Part shown: one piece after another, positions 28,419-38,206 of the stretch
Layout of the letters: each line of letters starts with the position of its first letter
How positions within the stretch are numbered: the first letter of the stretch is position 1
Assembly: GCA_976226885.1 (NCBI GenBank)
Contig: OZ320316.1
Location: 80,290,001-80,354,000, forward strand
DNA length: 64,000 nucleotides
Direction of reading: 5' to 3'
DNA from: Iphione sp. A-MEVVRFRX5
Lineage: Eukaryota
Made by a program: the position numbers and the translations under genes
The notes under the pieces: generated by a model
Databases searched by the model: none
What the model saw: only the letters and a program-made list of their open reading frames with translations
What the model was told of the DNA's origin: nothing

Positions 28419-28641
28419 GAAGTTAGTTGGCATGCAGTCCGAAAGAAGCGCGTTTGTCCCCAGCTGGTATAGGAAAATACCTTTAACATTATAAACTTTT
28501 GTTTTTTGTAACAGCTACTGGTCCTCTAGTGGATTGGTGTGAAAATGGTTTCGTTATATGGTCTATTAACGCCGCGCCTGTGATTTGTAGACACTACGTT
28601 ATTACCTGTTTCCTTTTTTTCGATCGCCTTCGACCCGGCAG

Positions 28642-28831
28642 GTCCTGCTCTCCGGTCACATCCCGCCGGGCATGCTGGCCCGGGTGGCGCACTTCTCCTG
28701 GTACGTGCCGCAGTTCAACAGCCGCCTGGTGGCGCTGCTGCAGCAGTACCATGACGTCATCACGGCGTTCATCACGGGTCACGAGCACACTGATGGCTTC
28801 CACATAATCAACGGCAACGAGGGAAATCAAT
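28642..28831 (+). CDS. SMPDL3: SMPDL3-like phosphodiesterase, internal exon
   Basis: Acceptor tcgacccggcag|, donor T|gtacgt. Translates VLLSGHIPPGMLARVAHFSWYVPQFNSRLVALLQQYHDVITAFITGHEHTDGFHIINGNEGNQ, with the GHxPPG and GHxHxD metal-binding motifs. Phase 0 in, phase 1 out. Confidence 0.92.
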
Positions 28832-29251
28832 GTACGTGTCCTAGAATTGTTAGACTTAAAGGCCACATCGCCATGATCACTTGAAACAGCTGCGCGTTTA
28901 TAATTGTATTCCGTGTATAATAATTTATAATTGTATTCATACATAATGTGGCAAAGGTATGTTTTCGTCGTGCTGAGCCATCGCCATGCCATCTGGCTTT
29001 GAATGATATGTCAACGTTATTACAATGCATATGAAGTATTTGATGAATAAGCAGTCTTGAGAAGATTATGTTGAAATTAAATTAGTGCTATGTCGTTTGA
29101 AGATTGATTATCCATTGTTCCTACTTACCGTAGCTAAAATTGAAAAAAAACGAAACCCGTTGCCTAAGATCCTACGTCATAACGAGAAGTATGCCACTAT
29201 ACATGTTGATCTCCCTTTCCTGTGAAACCGAATTCTTTTCCTGATGTATAG

Positions 29252-30000
29252 ATTCCCCACTGGTCCCTGTACTCATGGCGCCTGCGGTGACGCCCTGGCG
29301 CAGCACCATCCCAGGCATGGGCGCCAATAATCCAGGCATCCGGCTTTACACCTATGACCGGCGCACCGGAACGCCCTTGGACTTCCGCCAGTTCTTCCTC
29401 AACCTGACTGCGGCCAACGGCGCTGCGGCCGCCGACTGGCAGCTGGAGTACCGCGCTAGCGAAGCGTACAACCTGAGCGCCCTGACGGCGCGCGCTCTGC
29501 ATGGGCTGGCCTCCAGCTTCCTCCGAGCTGACGACGAGTTCTTCAAGCGCTACTACGCCTACAACACCGTCTCCTATGACCTCCGCTCGGACTGCTCCAG
29601 CGAGTGCAAGCAGTCGCACATCTGCGCCATCCTCTTCGTCGACTACGACCAGTACCAGAAGTGCATGCACAAGTACGAGCGCGAGCACCTCGTTCCCTAC
29701 CGCGTCCACCACGCGGACGGCGCCAACGGCTCGGAGGCGTCCCTGGCGCCGGCGGTGGTGGCCACTGGGCACCGAGCCAATGTGACGCATCTCTTCCACG
29801 GACACGCCCCGCACCCGTACCCGCCGGGCCCGCGGCCGGCGCCGCAGTACCACAAGGCCGGCTATATGCACTACGTCATCTACGGGCTGGTGTCGCTGGT
29901 CGTCGTACTCTTTCTCATCATCACTCTCCTCTGCTGCTGTTTCCGACCCAACAATCGAGTTGTGTACTTCACCCAGCCTAGGTATGTCCTTGTCAGCTAG
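29252..30000 (+). CDS. SMPDL3: SMPDL3-like phosphodiesterase, terminal coding exon: end of catalytic domain, C-terminal disulfide subdomain, His-rich stalk, TM helix and tail
   Basis: Acceptor ttttcctgatgtatag|; the phase-1 join gives YSPLVPVLMAPAVTPW...NNPGIRLYTYD...DWQLEY...DCSSECKQSHICAI...YQKCM, matching the SMPDL3 C-terminal motifs. Hydrophobic YVIYGLVSLVVVLFLIITLLCCCF follows at 29872-29943; TAG at 29998-30000. A strong donor AG|gtatgt at 29981/29982 means the last few codons could be intronic. Confidence 0.9.
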
Positions 30001-30774
30001 ACTGGCAATGCCGGGCCCAATGCTGAGTGAGGTAGGCCACTCTTCAGGGCGATCGACCGGTAGAACTGCAGGTCGCTCTCATACTGAAGGGGCACTTACT
30101 TACAGGTACATCCTGACCGAGGTATTATGTCTCATGATATTCTTTTGCCTTTGTCGTAAATTTATCTATTATTTATCCTAGATATGTTCAACAAACACTT
30201 AGCCGCCTAATTTATAAACCCCTCTTTTTAGTCATAGCTGGCACTCACTTTACTGCCAACCCTCTACTACGACCGCTACTCCTATTTTGGAGGAAGCAAG
30301 TGGACATTATGTTACATGATCAGCATAATGTAATGAGGATACCATTGAAGAAAGATGACATTTTTTAAAGAACCCAGAGGTTTCCTAACAGGTGGAGATG
30401 TCCGTGCGCCTGTGTGTCCATCTTCCATGCATGTTCATGGAGCTGTTTATACAGAGTTTAGAGGAAAACATGGATCAACAGGGATCAGTGCAAACACCAG
30501 CAGATGTATTCATGTATTCTAACCCTATGCCGCCGGTTCTCTGGGGTGTGATGTGTGTATTAAGATTGGGAGGTACTGTTCTGTCACATGACATTCAGGA
30601 CAGCACCGCGACATAGTTTCTGTCATGCACTCGATAAGCAATGTTAATTGCATTATTTTAAAGTAAGTAAAAGTCAATTCCAAATTAAAAGGGTCAAGAG
30701 TCATGAATTATGCTTTATAATGAAATTATAAAAATCATAGGACTAAAACTTGACAGATTTTCATGATATGTCAG

Positions 30775-30861
30775 TGTATCCTCAGGGATACAAACCAGCA
30801 TTACCAGGTTGTATCCGCAAGAGATACACGCCGGTATACATGGTGTATCCTCGTGGATACA
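30775..30861. repeat. Array of three interrupted palindromes TGTATCC-N4/5-(G/A)GATACA at about 34-35 bp period
   Basis: TGTATCC-TCAG-GGATACA (30775-30792), TGTATCC-GCAAG-AGATACA (30810-30828), TGTATCC-TCGT-GGATACA (30844-30861). Confidence 0.85.
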
Positions 30862-33800
30862 TTCCAGCATCAAATTATTAAGGCAAACACTGTCCGTGCA
30901 CCGTGCACCAGTCTGTCTGTCTCTGTCCGTATTTCCCAAGACACACAGAGACACGGCACTAGTTAAGCATAGATGTAAAAAATATGGCAAAATATAGGCC
31001 CACGAAAACAAAAGGTACATAGAGACTGGGCCTAAAAGATGGAAAGGGAAAAGTGTAAAGGTTATGTGAACTGTGCAATGATGTGCATTGTATCTGTTAC
31101 GACCTTTTGGTTTTATTGTGTATGGCGTAAACTACCTGTGAATCATGCCGATTATCCTTGAATTTTTAAGCAATACAGTATTTAATTTTAGTCAGATCCT
31201 TCCAGTTTCTCTCGGAGCTTGCTGTCAACAAGTACGTCAAATTCCTGCATTTTGCATCTCATATAAACAATTATACATGTACATGCACATATGTACGTTT
31301 ATTTAAATGGACAAGTCCACTGTGTTCACATGTACATGGATGTAATCAAGTGTGCATGCATGTATATACGTACACGCTTAGGTATACAGGTGTGTATATG
31401 ATTTTGTGTACAGCTCAACACATTCTGATGTCAGTAGTTCTCACCGTAGACGTTTGAAGGACAGTTTTTTTCGATTGTAGATATATTAAAAAGAAACTTA
31501 GGCTAAACTAATTGTCCACACTTATGATTGTCATGCACATTTATAGACTACTTTTTTTCAGTGGGTGTTCTTATCGCCACGTCTCATAGTACTTTTATAG
31601 GCTACATGGAGAACAGTCCCGGAACTGTCTCGGGAACGCCAGCGCAAATATTGCCTAAAACGTTTGTTTTTGTGGACAGTTATCAGACCATCTTGCACGT
31701 AGTATGTAAACCGACGGGGAAAACAGATGTATATGGGCTGTCAGCCTAAATCGCTGAGACTTCTCAAGGTGGCGGTTGTGTAGTACCACATAAGACCACT
31801 AGGGGACCGCTGTCCAAGTTGCGGTCTACATAATATTTAAACTAGATATTTTTTATAGTATTCCCCACACAGAGTATGAGATTAAGAAGAAAGATACAAA
31901 AAGTTTGCTAATATAGAACCCTCGTTCATCAAGAAATACGACTGCATTTAATATAACTCCTAGTGAAATCCGTTTACACACACGGACACGTTCCTGTGTG
32001 TAATGTACAGAACTTTATGCTTTTTCTCTAATTGTCTCAGTTCAACTGAAACCGCCAAACTTTCCTTTGATCCAGTATTATAGATGAATTTAAGCCATGG
32101 TATGAAACTTTCTATGTACAGTGTGCATGTTTCCAGTTCCATACAGTTCGAAAAACTGTACTTGAATATGGTGTATGCTTCCTACATGTTAGCACCTAGA
32201 GTCCAATCTTGATGTCATTCGGTTAAAAGATAGAGACAGTATTATACGTCCAATTATGAATGATTATGTGTGTTTTAATATGAGTGCTAAAAAACAACTG
32301 TAAATATCTCAGTATTGATCCTAAACGTCTGTCATGTTTTGAAGAGCCAGCTCTAATATGTATGCATTCCGCTAGATGGTAGATAATGTACGAGGACTGT
32401 ACATTACGGGTTATAATGGACGAGTCGCCAATGTCATTAGAGAAGCCCAAAGAGAAGTTCTTAATGATGAAAGTTTGTTGTTGATACATTCCTGACTATA
32501 TTTATAGTTGTGGGATCGAGATCGCCTAGTGAACTGACTATATAATGCGCGAAACATTATCTAAAATTGAAGCACTATCTACTCGAAGCGTGAATTCAGC
32601 ATGCAGATTTGTATTATAAAATGCTACTACTTCCAAGCCGTTGTTCAGTGTTCAACTTGTACATATCAGTTTTGTATTTTAATGTTGACTGTATATAGAG
32701 TAAAGTCGTGTCAGTAATTGTCTCCGTCTATTGCATGGCCCCAGGCTTCTAACATAACTCACGTATAGAAATACCGAAGTAGTACATGTACTTTGAATCT
32801 GAAAGTGCGCGGCTTTCGAGATAATTTCTAAAACATTCAAATGAATTGTAAATGCGAGTTTTTTGCAATAAATCTTTGCATACAACATATTTGCTCATCT
32901 TATTTCCGCAACAAGACATTGGCAAAAATAATATCAATGGCATCCATATGTAATTCAATTGCACGCAGGTTTTTTTTTTTCGAAAGATATTTTTAAAGCT
33001 AGTAACATACGTCCTCGTCAATGTACATATACTGATCGTAAAGCTACCTTCCAACGGTACTCTGATGTCTTCTTTCAATATTGTAGATCTACATACAAGA
33101 TTGTAGTTCTTGTAAAACGAGGGAACGAATATTGACTGGACTTGCCAGGCTTTTCGTGTTATACCGCCGGCAGCGGTCGGGAAATCTAGAATGAATCACA
33201 TGCCAGTGACAAGCAGTGAAGAATGCAGCAATGCTCCGGTATATATGTATAGTCTGTACTGAAGGTAAACACTTCAGCACCAAATGCAAGAAAACAGGAC
33301 AACCATTTCGGTATGACGGGAGATCTTGGCAATCAGTTAGCAACTTACTGTACAAAGGTCAATTTTCATGACTGTGTTTACAATTATTTTATTGATTTGA
33401 GGTATGTGTATACATGCTATTAGAATCGATGTGGACTTCAATGTACGATGTACTTCAAGCAAAATATATGATTGAAGGGTTTCAGAAGGAAGCGTTTACA
33501 CATGTACAAGAAGGGTAGAAGGAGGGTTACTGTTTGAAAGCACACTAATGAATATGAAACACTGTAATCACTTAAAACCCGAGAGGGAAAGAAATAAGAA
33601 CTTCTCCGTAAATACATGCTTTATTATTAACGGACGGAGAATATAATATGAACAGAATCTGGTAAAGAACCTATTTTCTCCGTTGTTATCTACCAAACAG
33701 CAACGCATTTTACAAAATATCATCTGTGAAATGATAATTTCTGCAATTCCAGATACGAGAAACAGTCGTTCTTTGGGAAAGATGCATCACGATTCTGCTC

Positions 33801-36800
33801 ACAATTTTTCGTTGAACAACAACCGCCGGGACAACTGCTCTTGAAACCAACAAAAGAGGCTTCTTTATCGAGCAGAGACCGCCGCGGAGTCCATAATATG
33901 TCGTGTCCATGTAATGTATTGATCTGAATATGCAGGTTACGTGCCGGACAAGCGTCGCCCTGCCTAGGGGACAGCAGGGCCTGGCAAGGGCGCCATTGTG
34001 AAACAGTGGGATCATAAACACCTGCCTGTGAACGATCATTTATTCTCTATCTAGGCAGCCTGCCGTGAACTACAAGTGTGCATTATTGTTCGGGGAGATT
34101 AATACAATCCTTCTATTATCCTTCTGACATTACTCCGAGGTCGTAGTTAAGGCGTAGGTAATTGATCTCGAGACGGATTATCTGTGTACCGAAGTAGAAT
34201 ATATATTCATTATTTTCCGGGGTTTGGCTGCCAAACTACACGTGCAATTTGTCTTCCAATCCTAAGCAAGGAACGTAATAAAGTATTATCCAGACTTTAC
34301 TTGATTCCATACAGTATCATTACTCTTAAGACAAAAAAGTTGAGCTGATTAGCAAGAAGAGTTCAGCTGGTTGGCATCTATGGACGGACTTGATTTGAAT
34401 GTGCATTAACAAGTGCTCCCGCTTAACTTTCGTGCCAAACTACTGCTCACGATGATTCCAGTGTGCTAATTAGCCTGGTAATGTTTTAAGTGCCCCCCTC
34501 CTTCTCTTGGAACCTCTCACCTATTTTACAAGTGTTATAAGCGCCTTTCGATACATGTACTTTAAGCCGCGTGTTGAACATTGTTGCTCCTTTCATTCAA
34601 GGAGCACTGTGTCCCTCTGTTGCTCCTACTCGATGAAACATTCTCAATGAATAAAGAAGCAGAGGTCGTTTTAAGAGAGAAACTTAGTGACTCAAATTAA
34701 AATGCGTTCGTCAGATTTTCTCATTTTACTTCTATCGCATATGGGTGGATAGCTCGCCCTGTTATGTCTATAACAGTCCAAAGCAGCTGCCAACCAGCAA
34801 GAAATTCATGCAAGTCACTTAAAGAACCGTTATTTCCGGGTAGACGACCCTGTGATTATGACGTACGTGTAATGCTAAGCATCGACGGAATAATGAATGG
34901 TAGGAACTAAACATGAAGTACTGCCTTTGTGGGCACAGCATGAAAGATGTGGCCTCGGCAAATATGCAACATTTATGCCGACTTTATCACATTCCCAATC
35001 CTAGTGGTGCCATTCTTATGGTTTAGTTAATTTTACAGCACTGTAGGTAATGGCCGGTGTGCCAGTTCCGGAGAACAGGCCACCCTTGGCTACCCTTCGG
35101 CAACCGAAAACAGAAGAAATATGTAGAGGCAACAGATGAACAGCTTTGTAAACGAATATAGTACTAGTTTAATCATTGCTTTCAAGCGCTGTATGGAAAT
35201 AGGACACACAGTAGCTCAAATTGTGTATTTAGACCAGACCAAATGCTAATACATGCACATGTAGATGTACACACTCGGTAGCCAACAGAGCAGGAAGCTT
35301 AATCACGTCTTGAACCATACATGTACATGTTTATTACCTTGGCAATAATTGTATATCTGAATTGAAAAAGTAAAACAGTGATAGAAAAACAGGGTCTCAC
35401 TCATTTGTAGTTCTGTGTTTATTTTCGCATTTTGAATGTACATATCGGCAATTATCTGTATAAATCTATAAACCACGTAGCACAAACTGATCTCTTAGTT
35501 ATCAGAAGATCTTGCTGCCTTTGATACAATTGTAAATGGGACCGAGGTTAATCTGAAATTAACAATATGGGTATCACCTCATATTCATATCAGAGGATCA
35601 TCCTGCAGTAATCACTCTAAGCACGTGACATTAAAACCCAACTTAATCATCTTTCAAACAGACTCGTGTTTCTTCTGTATTACAACACTTTTTCTGGACG
35701 CGAAAGTCCTTCGTACCACATTTAGTTTTCACAGCTTTTAACATTTCAAAAGTAGAATGGAAATGCTATATATTAGTGTTGTCTTGTCCATCAAACTGTC
35801 ATATTCCTCTCTAGAGACCCCTTTGGTTGTCATTGTACAACAGCCCTAAATGTGATTAATTAATATGTATTAAAATGTTAATACTTAAGTATACAATTTC
35901 TCGGATAAAGAATTATATCTTCGGAGAAGACTGAATTAACTTAGAGAGAGCAAAAACATCAGAGTTCTTGGTAAGTATTAGAAATCACACAAGTGAGCCA
36001 CTTCTTGAGTTTAAATCGAAAATAAAGCAACAGTCATCTAACCGACATTAAATGAAACCTTGGGCCCACTACTGTATTAGGAATCCGGACAGGGCGTCTG
36101 GTTTTGTTTAGACTATGCGAGTGTTTTAATAATATAAAAAAAAAGTAGAGATATTAATGGCACATGCTATTTCATATCTCCATATATGTTGTAGCAGAGG
36201 TTACGGCTGGAGCAATTAGGATGTGACATCTACATTTCACAGAAGCTAAACGTGTTGAAATGGGGTCCAGTACTGCCCCTTAGAGAGCGTTGTCTCCGCG
36301 AAAAATAGCACTTTCTTTGTATACTTTTAGTCATTCTTATCATGGATGATTCTACTCTAATGAAGAAATCCATGGTCAGGTGGAAAGATATTTGTTATTA
36401 TTTTAACATAGTTCCCAGGATCATTTTCACAGTACAGACCAAGGGCTGAAAAACAGGCTCTTTTCCTGTCACACAGAACCCAAGGTATCACTTAAAGACA
36501 AGTAGAGGTTAACACCTTGGTTGTGTTCCTTGATATTTCTTCTTCCAGGAAAACTTCTTTATCAGAGGTACACTATATTTCCTAATGATTTTTAATCTAT
36601 CATTTTATTAATGTCCTTTGCCCTTGTAGCAACATATATACCTGTTTGTCGTCTTCCTTTCCAGTGAATTCTAAGCAAAATATTTTGATAAAGGTGATCT
36701 AAGACCGCAAAGTTTACATAAAGCCTTCGTTGTATGGAGGTTTTCTCTTATAGAATTCGTATACATGTATAAGGTTTTACATGGACAGACGGGAGCTTGA

Positions 36801-37638
36801 CATTGATCCCCTGTATTCATACGGCTTTGAAGATTGACTTCAAGATCAGCATGTTGATGGAAGATTTTTTCGTTCATCCAAGAAGTAACGTCAAAATGCT
36901 TTTTGAAGCCTCATTATAAGCGTACACGTATTTATATGTCGTATTAACAATTTCTCGAATATAGATTATCTAAAAGTGGTATAGTCATGACGTGTATGCC
37001 TCTAATCAAGTTGACTATAATACAGACACTAAATTCTAATGTCTCTTGCATAATTGTGGAATTTGTGATGGTTGTTGTATTGTTTAAATCATAACATATT
37101 TTCAAGTAAGGGGCCCTTTCTATGCACATGGATTTTAATCTGCTTGTGGGGCGAGACCCAGTGGAGTCCACATCCAACAGAACGGGTGGCAGGGAGGGGT
37201 ATCCATGTATGCAAATTGTTCTCTTATCCTCTGTAGAGGCAAAAAAACATCAGTTGAAATAGGATGAGTTTGTGTGTATGTGTTTGGGTTTTGTGCAGAT
37301 TTTGTTGAATTCTTGTTAAATCTGCCAAATTGCATGTTTTTTTAAAAAGCAGATCTCATTGAATTCCTGTCAAATTCTATTCTGTTCTGTTCTATTCTTT
37401 TCTCTGCCCTGCAATACACCTATCACAATTTTCACCCGCTTGCGGGTAGACCTTGTCAGATTTTCAATCCACATGCAGGGCCAGGGGCGAATGGTTTGCA
37501 CGCCTCTGTTAAATATAGAGAGTTTGATTGCTCTGTCTGGCCCTGCATGTGGGGCCGGAAGGTTAACGCACATGGACAGGGCCCCAAAGGTACGAAGAGG
37601 TATGTAGCCTGCAATGTGTTCAGACCTTCATGTCATTA

Positions 37639-37970
37639 GGCCAAAAAAATAGGTGTGTTTCTGGTAACCCACCCCTACCTAGTAAAATCTTACCCTACAT
37701 AAAAGTTTTTTGGCCCCAAAGAGTTTCCAATGCTGAATTTTCTTAGATACATGTTTTCACAACACAGGTTTTTGGTAAATTCAGTAGAAAAACAACAAAA
37801 TCTATGGAAATTCAGCAAAAAAAGTAAATTATTCAAAATTCTTCATATTATCATTATTATTATTATTGAAAACCAGAGGAAGAAAGTGGAAAGAAAATTT
37901 AAAAAATACCCTCTCCCTACCAAGGTTTTTGGGTGGTCATTACCAGAAACACACCTATTTTGGGGGGGCC
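37639..37970 (+). mobile_element. PIF/Harbinger-type MITE, copy 1
   Basis: TIRs GGCCAAAAAAATAGGTGTGTTTCTGGTAA ... TTACCAGAAACACACCTATTTT..GGCC, flanked by TTA on both sides (TWA TSD is typical of Harbinger). The interior matches the copies at 45752 and 52125 in reverse orientation. Confidence 0.85.
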
Positions 37971-38206
37971 TTACATATTTAACACACTATGGAGGAATAC
38001 TGGGAGATTTGTTAAGCCCTACTGTAATTTGTTGACAACCAGAAGATAACTCACAGACATAGGAGCATCACAGAATGTCAGAAGGTCACAATGAAAATTA
38101 GGGCTCCGCCTAAGAATGTCTGGTATAGGAGTTAACCTGCAGGTTAACCTGGACCGCTCATCAATACGTTAGCATTATTTCCTATTTGTACCGCAGAAGG
38201 TGAATC

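Larger units (their letters stand above)
5120..28641 (+). other. 23,522-bp GT-AG intron of the SMPDL3-like gene
   Basis: Starts gtagga at 5120 and ends cggcag at 28641. The phase-0 join gives AKEK|VLLSGHIPPG, matching the family pattern EKVxIxGHxPPG. The other introns are 893, 682 and 420 bp. Confidence 0.85.

Noticed and set aside
5120-28641. Intronic C/D snoRNAs, tRNAs or duplicated alternative copies of the GHxPP/GHxH exon
   Set aside because: C boxes (e.g. near 6487, 21970, 27698) lack properly spaced D boxes and stems; no canonical B-box tRNA; no second GHxPPG or GHxHxD exon seen.
29197-29871. 224-aa minus-strand ORF (also 28594-28992, 29352-29546, 29501-29785, 29604-29981)
   Set aside because: Antisense or off-frame shadows of GC3-rich SMPDL3 exons; no independent protein features.
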